NCBI GenBank assembly: GCA_907165135.1
Contig: OU015567.1
Span: 13,454,001-13,518,000, forward strand
Reading direction: 5' to 3'
DNA from: Oikopleura dioica
Lineage: Eukaryota; Animalia; Chordata
Length of the DNA: 64,000 nt
This document shows positions 48,891-61,510 of this stretch, in pieces; the stretch's first letter is position 1; the number at the start of each line of letters is the position of its first letter. A model generated the notes under the pieces. That model was not told the DNA's origin and searched no databases. It saw nothing but the letters and a program-made list of their open reading frames with translations. The position numbers were made by a program, and so were the translations under genes.

Positions 48891-51800
48891 CTAGGGCGAG
48901 AGGAATCGGATCACTAGTGATTGTGATATCGTATTTTGGCTTTCAGGGGATAAGAAATCCGCGCATATTTCGCTGACGTTTTTTAATTTTTTAATCCTTT
49001 CCTGGCGTCGTTTCTTCTTTTTAACTTTCAGCGTCACTGGATAAACTGCTTCTCCATTGTGGACTTTCACGGGAATATATCCTTTGAACTTTGGCGGACG
49101 TGCTTCAAACTCTGCATTTTCATCTACCCTCACTTTTTCGTCATTTCCGGGAGCTTCTTTGGGCCTGTAACCTGATGGGACAAAAAAGAACTCGTCGTCT
49201 TTGTTATTCGCGTCTGAAATGTAAATTTGACTCTTCTATGTAACCAGTCTTGCTTACCAGCTTCCAGATGATCCCGTAAGCGCGTAAGACGTTTATTTAG
49301 TTTGTGAAAGTGACTTGGAATTTGAAGGTCGTCGAGGCCGCATTCTAGCTCCGCGATCGCGTCAAGGACACGATTTGTTCTTCTGTGTCCTCTTTGATTC
49401 ATACGACCTGAATAAGTATTAAACATCTTTCCTTGAGCGTGTCTTTTCGAGATCTTCGAAGTTTCTAGTGTACTGTCCAGTCTTTTCTCACAGGAAAAAT
49501 ATTCAAATAATTATCTAAGTATAAGGGTTGTGGTTTATAGTTCTCACCATCGAGATTCCGCAGCGCTTCCAAAATTTCGTCGAATCTGTCGTTCATCCTC
49601 ATGCCATGATTTCTATCTTCGATCGCTTTATTGACCAAATCACGAACATCTTCCAGAGCTGTCTGAAGCTTGCGCATTTCTTTGAGTTTTTTCTTTCTTG
49701 ACGCCGCAAGACGTTGATGCCTTTGACCCTCTTCTTCAACATCCTGAAGTTGCGTCTCAAGATCATTAATTTGCTGATGCTTGTCTTCCAACTCTTCTTG
49801 GAGTTGTTGATTTTCGGCTTCAATTTCGGCCACTTGAGCGCCGAGCATTGCTTCTCGCGTCTTCCCGTCTTCCTGGGCTTGAATTATTCTTTGAAGCGCT
49901 GCGTTTTCGTCATGAAGTTTTCTTCCAAAGAATATTTTTATTTTGAGAATTTTTAGCGCACCTTTGAAGAGCTTCGTTTTCATTTTGAAGCTTTTTAGTT
50001 GTATTGAGTTCTTGATCGCGGAATGTCCGTAATAAGTTCATTTCTCCTGTCGATTCTTCCATTCGCTTTTGACGATCGTCATTTTCTTGTTGCGATAGTT
50101 TGAGATTGGCCTAAAAGTTTCGTCATAAAAAAGCTCTGTTGTATTGAGTTTTACCTTGAGTCGTTTGAGCTCTTTTTCCTGCGCAAGCTGGGCACCTTCT
50201 GCTTCATTAGCCTTCCCATTCGCCTCCTTGACCTTGTTCCTCAAATCTTTCACAAGTTGCTCTAGCTCTTCAATTTTCTCTCTGTCCCTGAAGGAAACCT
50301 GCACCGCTCGTTTATCCATTTCATGCTTTTTGAAAAACATGTTATCTAACAGTGATTATTGAAATCCACCTTGTCGGCGAGCTGATCTTCCAAATCCTTG
50401 ACTTTCCTCAAAAGTTCTTGGTCCGGTTTCTTCAGCCTGGCATTTCTTGCATGTGCTTCTGCGTGAGCGCGTCGAACAGCGAGATCTTCTTTTCCGCAGC
50501 GCGTGCTCGAATATTTTCTAGCGCTTCCGAAAGTTCATCGTTGCCTGTGTCGGCAAAGTTGGAGCTTACGAAAGTCGCCACGCGTTGGAGGACTTCTTTG
50601 GTAAGGGTTTTTTCCTAGGCCCGAGAAAGAAAGAACTCGCGCTTCTGTCTTTTTTCTAGAAGCCAGCGTCTTTCTCAGGGGACCGTATATAAAGGGGCCT
50701 GCGTGTTTCCCTCGCCTGCCCGGAGTACCCGGGCAGCGAGATCAAACACAAAGACAGTGTCAAAAGTGACTGGGGTTCAGTCTGTTCCACAACTACAAAG
50801 CCCTTTTTAGGGCTCTATCTACGTCAAAAAAGGGCCTTCCACATTTGTTTATCTAAAACCCTAGCTTCAGGCTGCCACATCTCTGCCATTTTCTCTTCCA
50901 GCGCCATTCTCACTTGTTCCTAAAACCCTAATCACAATTTACCTCGATTTCTGGCTTACATTTCTGAGCGCCTCATCAGTACGCTTATCAACTTTCTTCG
51001 GACTCTCCATTTTCCTCAAGCTCTGCTGCTGCGATCTCATTCTGGCCATTTGATTTTCTGCCTCCTCTTTGTACTTTTTGAATTGTTTCTCAAGATCTCG
51101 CTTTTCGCGTTCTATTTTGTCAACTTCGGCTTGCGACTCTTGAAGCTTTTCTTTTGTCTGACGGTTTTGCTCGCTCAAGAACTTTCGAAGCTCGCGAATG
51201 TCTGAAAAGAAAATGGCCTCTTCAACAAAGCTTTCTTTTCAAAATCCATTTTTAGGTTCCAAAAAGATCTAGGCTCCTTATTTAGGGAGATGAAGATACC
51301 CCCTATTCTCGCTAAAATAGGCTCTCTTCTTTGATATAAAATCTGATCTAGAGGCCCTCAACTAACAAATCTTTTGATACACCCGTTTACTGAGCAAATC
51401 CCTTCACCTCGTCAAAATAAACCGTGAGTAAGCAAGATGATATCGGTTACGGAAATCACGTTGACAGGAAAGCCTTCTGTGTTAAGAGATCAGAAACAAA
51501 CAAATAAAACTTTCAAGAAAGACAAACATTGACTTTAGCAAAGTTTTGTAACAATAGCAATCGAAGCTTACCCGGATCACGTTCGGAAACGTCGACAACA
51601 TCGTCTTCCATTTTGTTCAAAATGCTGTTGAGGGTGGTATCCGCTTCTTTTAGCATTTCCCTTTGCGCAGCAATTTCTGACTCGACCAGACTCATCTCAT
51701 CCTCAGCTACGGAACGGGTCGTCTGATTCATGTTATTTCGCTGCTGCTCGATTTGATTTTGAAGATCAGTCGCTTTTAAAAGGCTTAAAAAGTCTGTGCT

Positions 51801-52380
51801 AAAGGATATTCTAACAGAAATAAAACTGATAAGAGTTCAATTTTAATCCGAATTAAATTTTAGAAGAGCGGTCTATGCAGCTTATTCCGCGAAATTTACC
51901 CGGGTGGATTATTTCGATTTTAAGCCCTAGCTTGCTCTTTCAAATCTTTCAGGGCTAAAATGCGCTTAGCCAAAGGACCATCCCTGAGCTGGCGGCCACT
52001 CTCGGCTAAATTTAGATTCTGGCGGCTTTTAAACGCCTTCTCAATTGCACCTTAACTTTCTCTGAACATGTGAGAGACGGATCAGCGGGAATTAATCGCC
52101 TTCTTAGTTCAATTATATAAATTTTTAATGAGTTCATTTTGCGCGAAATTCGAGAAGCGTGCCTGCCAGAAGTAGAAGTCGTTCCATCAAAATCGCTTCC
52201 ATAGCCAGTTTCAGACAGCATCCTTCTATTCGCTCTAGCAGGGATTGTCCTCCTCGGAGAGTTTTTCCTTCTCCTATGCGGCGATCTTCCAAGAAATGGA
52301 TACTCCTCGAAATCTTCGTCTTCTATGTCTCTCTGATTGATGATCGGCTCAAACTTTGCGTCTTTATCCCTCGGCTAGAC
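48891..52380 (-). CDS. Coiled-coil protein(s) of unknown family; exon structure unresolved, may be two genes
   Basis: Several heptad-rich minus-strand ORFs (49465-49983, 50038-50340, 50939-51178, 51513-51731, 52012-52221) with GT-AG-like borders. Confidence 0.4.
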
Positions 52381-54079
52381 AAATCAACAACTGTGCAAAT
52401 AACTTTTTAACTCTTCATAAATTTCCCGAAAAACTGGAAAATTCTGAAAAGCTGTCACTTTTTGTTTGACTACCCGTGCCAATATTCCGCTCGCCAGCAT
52501 CGTTCTGCAATCTTTCAAGCTTGGGTCAACAAAAGAAAAATGGCGTACTGAAGAGCGAAATTGTATTTGCGCTCAGAACTTTACCAACTGTAAATTTATA
52601 TTTATAACGAAATCGGATAAGAATTTTCAAAAAATTATTAAGAAAGACACACTTGAAATCACTAATTTGATATTTTTAAACTTTAAATTCCTATTAGTCA
52701 TCAACTGTTACTGTAATTCATTACAGTAACGTGAAGGTCTCTTCCGATCGACTCAGCCTTCCGATGACCCTTTTCTACACGAATCTGACTTTTCCAAAGG
52801 AATTACAGTGTATTATGTCCATAGAAATCTTCTGATTTCTTGATGAAAAGACAAAAAGAAAAAGCTGATCGACAAAACCAACAAAAGGAAATGCCAATTC
52901 AATTATCACAAAGACAATCTGATATTCGATTATGTACCGTACAATTATCATAAAAACGAACGCTATTTGCGTACCCCTGCGCGATAATACTTCTTCTCCA
53001 AATTTTCCAATCGATTTCGTTGTTGCTCGTTTAGCTTCTTCATTGCTAGAAATTTCTCATCAAAAACAACTCATCATCAAATAAACACAAAATAAGTGAA
53101 ATTCACAGCATTATTACCTTCATATTTTTGCTTAAAATTTTCATCCTCATCTTTGCCCATTTTTTCTTCTGGTATCTCTTTCACACTTTCTCCAAAAGAT
53201 AACTTTTAAAATTAAAATCTAACGCAGCGGCCAAACACTTGTATTTCTGAAGCGCTTTTGAGCTTCCGAAAATGTCGCTTCCACGCGCCCCAGGGCGATC
53301 CGGATTCTCCCGCACTTATATTTCTTTTTGGAAGAAAAAGTCAATTCACGGACGCAATTCAAAGAATTCTGGATTTGGGCGTTTTTACGCTCTTTTTATG
53401 CTTAATCGTTTCTTGTGTGTAAAACATGGTTGAGCCGCTCCTCACAATTGGGCTGTCATAGAAACCAAATTTCTTTGAATCTGTCAAACAGCACAAATTA
53501 TCATCAAAGATCAAAATAATTACATCAGAAGATAAAACACAAACTAAAATCATTCGGAGAGAGGAAAACTCTAAAATTTCTTGCCGTTTTATGATAATGA
53601 TTGAAAGACCATAACTCGCTCTTGGATAAGATTGGATGGGAATAAATTCTAGTTTGCCTAAGGTGCGTAAGTGCGGTCATCACCCAGTAGGAATTCCAGA
53701 GCGGCTACATGTGCCGTTTTGGCCAATACTGAGCTTAGTGTAAAAAAATTCTTGAGTGTGTAATTGCCCAGTCTTCTGACCAGTGACTGTGTGATAAGGA
53801 CGAGAGGAACAATTTTATTTACAGAAAAGAACGATTATTTATAAAACGCAAATTCGACATCATATCCGACAATACCCGGACACCAGACGCGGCTACGTCG
53901 ACACGTAAGAAGTCGAGCAAGTCCGATTAGAGTCCAAAGAAAGGAAGTCAATTAATCTTCACCTCTTCTCGAGTATCGTCTCTTCTAAAGTCATTTTCAT
54001 TGTAGCCATACATACGGTAACTCGTGAATAGTATTTCTAAAAAATTTGGTTTATAAACTAAGAATAAGGAGCCACTTTC

Positions 54080-54198
54080 GCTTAGCGTCATACCGCGTAG
54101 AATAAACCAGTTCTCGTCCGATCACTGAAGTCAAACTACGACGGGCGGGGTTAGTACTTACATGGGTGACCGGTTGGGAATACCTCGTGCGCTAAGCA
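54080..54198 (+). rRNA. 5S rRNA
   Basis: 119 nt; terminal helix GCTTAGC/GCTAAGC; internal promoter GGTTAGTACTTACATGGGTGACCGGTTGGGAATACC matches 5S; followed by a T-run terminator. Confidence 0.92.
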
Positions 54199-54278
54199 TT
54201 TTGACTTTTTTGGAAATGTCAAAGCTTTTTTCATATTATCGTAAACTTGTTTAACTTTGATGATTTTATGACTGCCAT

Positions 54279-54353
54279 CAGGGATGTACATTCGCAAAAA
54301 TTCCCGCATTTTGCGCTGTTTTGCGGATTTTGCGCTGCGAATGTACATCACTG
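54279..54353. mobile_element. Miniature hAT-type MITE, 75 bp
   Basis: TIR CAG(G/T)GATGTACATTCGCA; 8-bp TSD ACTGCCAT. Absent from the mirror arm. Confidence 0.9.
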
Positions 54354-54554
54354 ACTGCCATCATAGTGAACAGTTTGATTCTGCAATAAAGTCTTTTTGG
54401 TATCTTATGTATCATAAGTTATGATTCTAATCTGTGTAGGGCAGCATAGTGGGAGAAGCATTTAGCGCCATCTAGCGCATATTCTTCTCAGAGAGATCAA
54501 AATTAGGAACGCGCAGCGACAAAACGACCTCGAAATCAGGCACCTCGGGTCTTC

Positions 54555-54645
54555 ACTCATCCCATTTTTGAGTCCGATTTCGATTGTCTAACAGGTAAGA
54601 ATCGAATCCACGCCTCCTTCTCTCCCATCCCTCTCGCCTCTCACA
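54555..54645 (+). ncRNA. Spliced-leader (SL) RNA gene; 40-nt exon 54555-54594, donor GTAAGA; 3' end approximate
   Basis: Exon sequence matches the O. dioica SL as I recall it, followed by a strong 5' splice site and located downstream of 5S. Confidence 0.9.
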
Positions 54646-54962
54646 AATAACTTGATTCATTCAACGTAAAAGTGAATTCACTTTTCTGCTGAATCGTATG
54701 AGTCCCACTTCCGATTCCTAATCGTCGGCCTCTAAACGGAAGAATTTGGCCGCATCTCAATCGCGAATTAGTACTTCTCGGTCAAGTACATAATGTAGCA
54801 ATTTGCTAGTCTTGAAAACACGTGTTAAAAGACTCACCACGGTAGATGCGGTATAAGAGGGATGTCGAGATAATCGCCACTTAGTACGCATTATGTGAAA
54901 TCAAACGTCTTTTAACACGTGTTTTCAAGACTAGCAATGTACTTGACCGAGAAGTACTAATT

Positions 54963-55204
54963 CGGGGAAACGCTCGGTTCGTGTACCAATTGGTATTCGA
55001 ATACCAAATCTTCTCAAAAATTCAAAATTTGGTGCACTAAAAGAGAGCCTATGCGCTTCGCGCCTGTCTTGAAGGAGACTTTGGTAGTGATTTAGTAGCA
55101 ATTTCACGGAAAGAGACCTTTCTGATCAAAAACCTTGGATTTGGAAAATCAAAAATTGGTATTCGAATACCAAAAAATTTTGGTACACGAATCGAGCGTC
55201 CCCG
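54963..55204. mobile_element. 242-bp MITE-like insertion that breaks the palindrome symmetry
   Basis: Imperfect TIR CGGGGA..ACGCTCG.TTCGTGTACC; flanked by CTAATT direct repeats; internal palindrome TTGGTATTCGAATACCAA occurs twice. Confidence 0.75.
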
Positions 55205-55329
55205 CTAATTCGCGATTGAGATGCGGCCAAATTCTTCCGTTTAGAGGCCGACGATTAGAAATCGGAAGTGGGACTCATACGATTCAGCAGAAAAGTGAAT
55301 TCACTTTTACGTTGAATTAATCAAGTTAT

Positions 55330-55421
55330 TTGTGAGAGGCGAGAGGGATGGGAGAGAAGGAGGCGTGGATTCGATTCTTACCTGTTAGACAATCGAAATC
55401 GGACTCAAAAATGGGATGAGT
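55330..55421 (-). ncRNA. SL RNA gene, second copy (exon 55421-55382)
   Basis: Reverse complement of the first copy. Confidence 0.9.
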
Positions 55422-55676
55422 GAAGACCCGAGGTGCCTGATTTCGAGGTCGTTTTGTCGCTGCGCGTTCCTAATTTTGATCTCTCTGAGAACAATATGCG
55501 CTAGATGGCGCTAAATGCTTCTCCCACTATGCTGCCCTACACAGATTAGAATCATAAGATAACAAAAGACTTTATTGCAGAATCAAACTGTTCACTATGA
55601 TGGCAGTCATAAATCATCAAAGTTAAACGAGTTTACGATAAAATGAAAAAGCTTTGACATTTCCAAAATGTCAAAA

Positions 55677-55795
55677 TGCTTAGCGCACGAGGTATTCCCA
55701 ACCGGTCACCCATGTAAGTACTAACCCCGCCCGTCGTAGTTTGACTTCAGTGATCGGACGAGAACTGGTTTATTCTACGCGGTATGACGCTAAGC
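55677..55795 (-). rRNA. 5S rRNA, second copy
   Basis: Reverse complement appears identical to 54080-54198. Confidence 0.92.
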
Positions 55796-57610
55796 GAAAG
55801 TGGCTCCTTATTCTTAGTTTATAAACCAAATTTTTAGAAATACTATTCACGAGTTACCGTATGTATCGCAAATAAGATCGTCTGATAGTGCCTACCAAAT
55901 GAAAATGACTTTAAAAGAGACGATACTCGAGAAGAGGTGAAGATTAATTGACTTCCTTTCTTTGAACTCTAATCGGACTTGCTCGACTTCTTACGTGTCG
56001 ACTGAAGAGCCGCATCTGTTGTCCGGTATTGTCGGATGTAATAGCCATTTTGCATTTCGTAAAGATTCGTTTTATTTTAATGAAAAAGATGTTCCTTAAA
56101 ATACAGTAGTTACTGTATTTCGCGTTCTCTTCTTGAACTTGACATCTTGCAAAATGCTAACTAACTCAATAACCAGTATAATAACTCGCAATCCAGACAG
56201 CTCGACGATTCCAATTGCCTAGATACAGTCGCACTTACAGTACAAAAAAACGAATAGAGAGAACTTTCTTTGAAAGTTGAATCGAGTATATTGGTGATAT
56301 CACGCGATTTGACTCAGTGAGCGTGTTCTTTTCTCAGATTTAGTCCTGCATAATGTCGGTTGAATTAAAAGGTAAGTTTATTCATTATAGTTCTCTCTTT
56401 ATTCATTATCTTTTTATTCAAATTTTGAAAGAGAAAGCTGAAGAGCATCCAGAGTCAGAGAAATTTATTCACTCACTGATTTACATAATTTTTATGAAGA
56501 GATTTTGAACGACTAGCGAGACTCTTGATAATAATAAGTATTTCACATAATAAACAATAAAAATCTCATTCTGAGTCCCGTAACAATGATACTCCTTTTG
56601 GTAAGTTAAAAGCGGCCGGTAACATTTACCAGCGACTTGTTTTATCGTAGATTCTTGGGCTGGCGTTCTCCAACTTTATTTACAAGCGAAATTTGCGAAA
56701 AGAAATGAAACCTACTATTACTTTGATTCAGTAAAAAATATCAACAATTGTCATAAATTATTCAAATATTTCATTCTAACAATTTTTTCAGTGTCGAGTC
56801 GACACTGTTGACCTTTTTTGTCCTGAATTTGGAAATAATGTTTTTTTGGAAGGTCTTTGTTACCTAAAATTCTGAGGGAATAGGACTGTCATGTAATAAA
56901 TAAGAGAGCCATACATTCTTTGATTTTGATTTTAATTAAATGCAAGCGTAAGCACTGTAACAGTCGTCGAGTGAATCTGTAGCAGTAGGGGAAACTAGTG
57001 TGAGTTGACAATCTCATTACGCGTCAACAAAATCACTAGTCTTCCATTCCGTCTACAAGATATTTGCAAGTCCTCGATCTCTCTATCCCTGTTTCACTGT
57101 ATGATCCGCTTTCCGGTCAAAGGCGCCTAATTATGGTGTCTCTCAAAAAAGCGATGCCGTAGTTCTCGAGAAAATGCCTGGATCGAAAGTGAAAGTGTCG
57201 CTCAAACCGGGGCCGGAGCGTCTCTGGCTCTCAAGAATGCTTTGGCTAATTCATCCCAAATGCTCATGAATAATTGACTGTTGCGATTCCCCTCGACAGT
57301 AGCGCCTTTAACATGCTTCTAGCTGGCGCTAGAATCGAGAAAAATCAATTAAAGCAGCACCTGCAAGTGAGAAAGAGTGATTCGACACTTCCTTGAGTGA
57401 TTAAAATTGATTCGAGCAGGAAAGGGTCAAATATTCATTCACAACAAAAGCACCGCTCGGTCGATACTCCCAGTTCAAAGCATGAATAAAACAGATACCT
57501 CCAAAATGATCGACCCATCGAACAACAGAAACGAAAAGAACTGATCTTGGATATTTGGATATTTATTATTTACAATTTGTTCAAAATCGTCTTTTCTTTT
57601 CGAACGATTT

Positions 57611-59457
57611 CTAGCAGCATTTCGTATAAGTAAATTTTTCTGTACAGTCTGTTTGATTGGCATTTCGGAGCATTACAGATAACGCAGCGATTTTTTCCTT
57701 GACAATTTCGACCTCGGCTGGACGGTAAAGATGAGAGTAGTCCTTTGTCTTGTGTCGGTAGAACTTTCAGGAGGGTCATCGAATGAACTTGATAAATTAG
57801 GCTCGGAAAGGAAATTAGGTGAAAATTCAAGATTGAAAAATGCTTTTCAAAATTTTTTGAGAAAATTCAAATTCATGATTAATTTGAAGACCCTTTCCTG
57901 CCCGACCGGATCATGCTCGATGCATCCCACTCTTCTGTCGTCAAAGTCCATTGCCTGGAGCCACCTGCTCACTTCGTTGACGGGATCGCTGACTAAATCC
58001 GTGAAGCAACTTACCGTAATTGGACCCTCGAAAGTAGTGAACCATTCAGTATGAAAGCGGAGCCAGCTGTTCGCATATTGCTGGACGAAACGTGGCCAGT
58101 CTTCGCCAGAGTAGACGGATAAGTCCGGCTCTCCGGTTTTCCCAGCTTCGAGAAGTTTTCTTTTCAAGAAGGGAGGATTATAAAACACTTTCGCAAATAA
58201 CCATTTTCTGAGTGCACTTGGATGAGTGACAATATTAGATTGCGGCGGTGTTTTTAAGAATTTTAAACAAAGCTTTAAAACTTGTCTTTATGATGATTGT
58301 AAGCAGCCATAATCGCGTCGAATGGATTACGAATGAGTACCACTCCTCGCTCGAATTCGCAGGCTTAAAAACACGTGTCAAAAGACGCAGCAGATACGGT
58401 ATAAGAAGGATGACGGGATAATCGCCACTTAGACCGCATTATGAAAAATCAAACGTGCTTGATTATGATTAAGGACGCGGTATAAAATCGAGAACCTAAA
58501 ACGATGAAGGAATCTTGAATGAACCTTTGTTATTGGAAAGTCGATGAGTTTTCTGCGCGATGGTGCGTCTGTCCTTGCAGTCGATGTCTTCCGCCAACCA
58601 GCCGGCCGCTAGAATAATCGATAGAGAGGGTGGCTGCATTTTTAAGAACTTGTGCAATCAATTTTGCATCGGCTGACTTGATACGAACAACTACCTTTGA
58701 GCGTTTTAGAACTGCGCCTGTTACCAGTCCAGAAGCCACTTCCCATGTGGAGAAGGTGACGCGCCCAAGTATTGCCAGACCCTAAATTCGACATATTTTC
58801 TTACTCAATCAAATATTTTTCAATTAAAGACAGGGTTCGAGCAATAAGTTAGAATGTTATTTATTGGTTAATATTTGCAGACAATTATAAAAGTCGTGCC
58901 TTCGAATCTCAGAGACTATAAGTAATTTAGTTTCATTTAAAAAGAATCAATAATTATTCTCTATGAATAACTATGATACAAGACTTGCAAATTTCTTGTT
59001 CTTTTATAGTGCAAAGAGCATCTTCTACGCCATCCTAGGCTAATCTGTATCATCAAAGTGACCTATTTTTACATCGAGATTAGATTCTATTGGAACCGAA
59101 ATAAAAATGGACTTTTGGCGAGTACCCTTTGATGAAAGAATATCTAGATTTCTAGGTCACAATTTATCAGTCGAAAATCAAAGTACCTGGAAAACTGGAT
59201 ATCGCGACTCTTGGATGAGTTGAATCCTCTCCAAAAAGTTTTAATTCTGCTGAACAGTTGGTCCCTTCAACAACTTTTTCGTACATTTCCCAATGATTTC
59301 TCAGTTCTTGTTCTTCATGTTTCTCTTCAATATCATATTCTTCTACTGATCTTCTCAAATTTGTGTGATGGACTGTTTGCATGTAGTTAAAGCAAATCGC
59401 GGAAAACAAAACTCCCAACAAAGTGGCTGTGAAAATTATTTTTGAAAACTCCCCCAT
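57611..59457 (-). CDS. WSCD-family sulfotransferase-like type II membrane protein
   Basis: N-terminal TM helix, SFPG|SGNTWARHLL (PAPS-binding), RTIAQKTH, VLIRNPFDAIMA, DWPRFV...W...W. Confidence 0.8.
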
Positions 59458-60006
59458 CGTTTATTTTTTGGTAATTATTTTCAACCTCGAATGTTTTTAA
59501 TTTTTTTCAGGCAGAATAAGTTTATCGGCAATTAGGGAGCGCCACCTGCCGGGCCTGTAATGTAATGTTATATGGAAGGTTGATCCATGATGAGCCTAAA
59601 GCTCTTTTATGTTCGAGAGGGATTATCCGTCAGTTTTTTCTTTTGTCAGAACACATCAGCTCATTGACATGTCCTTTTGACCCTTTCTTCGTAATTTTCA
59701 ATCGAAAAGATGAATTGAAATCAACAACGACATGATTCTTCCATGACTCAGTATTGAGATTTGCTTTATTTGCGAAAAACGATTCTGGCGCAATTTTACT
59801 TAACAGCTCTTAATTCTTGCTACAACGAAACAATGGACCCTTCGTCATTGACACATTGAACCTAATCAGCGTTTCGCGCTTCTGTATTTTTCTGGCTTGT
59901 ACTCGTCTGGACGAGACCTGGTGATTGATACGCCTTCAGTATTTAACCACACTCTTCCAGGGCATCATCTTCATATCAAAAAGAAGCAAGAGAAACGAAA
60001 TAAAAA

Positions 60007-61159
60007 ATGGATAATCGAATAAAAATCTTCTTCGAAGATTCCGACGACGACATCGAAAAGACCTTCGAAAAACACAGCCAAGAAATGCGAGCAAGAATGG
60101 ACTCGGCTTTTGGATCAGGTAGATATCTGAAAGTTATTTGCTCATAAAAATAAGAAGTAAAGACCTAGGGTTCGAATAAATCTGCATCAGATATCCGGTC
60201 TTAGCTTTTATGGCTAGTTTTCTAATTGTTGTACCAATGTCGTGTACCGGCTTTTCTACAAGCTCCCTAAGATACTTACCATAACCTGCAATAATCCTAA
60301 GCGCGTTAACAATAATAGCTCCTAAAGGAAAATCCGTCAAAGAGGCCTTGCTACTCAAAAACTGATTCTTTTTTCCTTTCTGACCTTCTTTCCAAGCTCG
60401 AAGCGATTCCCTTTTCGACCGCGCCCAGACAGGAAGCTCATCGAATTCACTCTTCCAGCGATCCAACCCTTTTAAAGAAGCCGACGACTTTTTCAGTAAC
60501 TCAAGAAGCCTTTTTAACTCAAACGATCGTGGCTCCCCGCCATCCATCAGCACTATGATGCCCTTGGGAGCGTCGAGCAGGATCGGGTTCCCAATGGACT
60601 CCATCGGAAGTGCGCCTGCTAACGATATCAAATGGACAGATGAGACACACTGGGAAAAGGTAAGCAAAAGACTCAAGCAGAGCTTAGGCTAAAGAATGAC
60701 ACTCAAGTCCGCGCTGAAAGCGCAGGTGACCCTTTTCAAATCGAAGAAAGTTTAGATTCTAATCTTTAGACTTTAAGCTCTGGCACTTTCGCCGCTGAAA
60801 TTTAAGACAGTGCTTTTAAGTTTGTGACACCTCAACCCTAACTTATTCTCAGTAAATGATACGATATCTTTAAGGAAATTCCTCTCAACTCCCAACACTC
60901 TTATTCAAACATTGGCGTTAAATGCAAAGAAAACTTCCTCGAAATCGGCGCCTCAGAAGAGGTCGTTGAAATGAACAACGGAAAGCAGTCCATGAGCAAA
61001 AGCCACTTTAAAACCTCATTTTCGATTCCCGCTGGAACGAATAAGAAGACGATTCAAGCTGAAACTACTGGAGCTAAAATCATCGTCCGTGGAGAAGTTG
61101 AGAAGAAAAGTGAAGCCAAAGAAGAGAAAGCTACGGAGATCCCCATTCAATTTGAATAA
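60007..61159 (+). CDS. Small heat-shock protein (alpha-crystallin domain)-like, 3 exons (~60007-60118, 60397-60660, 60873-61159)
   Basis: Spliced WEK|EIPLNSQHSYSNIGVKCKENFLEIGASEE...FKTSFSIPAG...IIVRG follows the ACD strand pattern. Confidence 0.6.
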
Positions 61160-61510
61160 AATGCTAAAGCTATCAAATGATAAACTTTGCACTACTGAAA
61201 AAAAGAACCAAATGCTTTTCATTCAATAAAAAACGTGTACTACAGCTGCAGTAATCTTCTAAAGATCAGTAATCCATCCTTCGGGATTAGATCACGTTCT
61301 CATTTTAATGTTCCATAAAAATCGCTGTGCTTGTGGATCTTATGCCACCCTCTCTGCGCATTATGCTCTGGTGCAAATTTCAAAAACGAGGTTTATTCGA
61401 CGAGAAACAAACCAAGAGTAAATAATTTTGGAATTTATTCTTCAAAATCGGCCGATCTGTGAAAAATACAACATATTAAAGGCAGTGAATAACTGAGTAA
61501 AGGAAAGAAC

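Larger units (their letters stand above)
53865..56037. repeat. ~2.2-kb palindrome carrying inverted 5S + SL RNA units
   Basis: Left arm ~53865-54833 is the reverse complement of the right side (54907-56037, allowing for a 242-bp insert). Identity is very high over the RNA genes and decays at the outer ends. Confidence 0.92.

Noticed and set aside
50850-50935. AAAACCCTA motifs as a telomerase template or telomeric repeat
   Set aside because: Only two short imperfect copies, no CTAACCCTAAC template and no tandem array.
51772-52033. 9-bp direct repeat GCTTTTAAA flanking an intron-like segment (Mutator-type TSD?)
   Set aside because: No TIRs, AT-rich context, and a canonical GT-AG solution exists.
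56353-57270. Possible plus-strand gene starting ATGTCGGTTGAATTAAAAG|GTAAGT
   Set aside because: Could not assemble a consistent multi-exon frame or recognise a product.
58140-58290. Possible AC-AG intron giving HHK|AGKTG in the WSCD-like gene
   Set aside because: A canonical GT-AG alternative (HHKDKKLLEAGKTG) is in frame. Sequence alone cannot justify the exotic junction.
60134-60676. 180-aa minus-strand ORF as a nested gene
   Set aside because: Largely the antisense shadow of exon 2 of the plus-strand sHSP-like gene, whose spliced frame explains the region.
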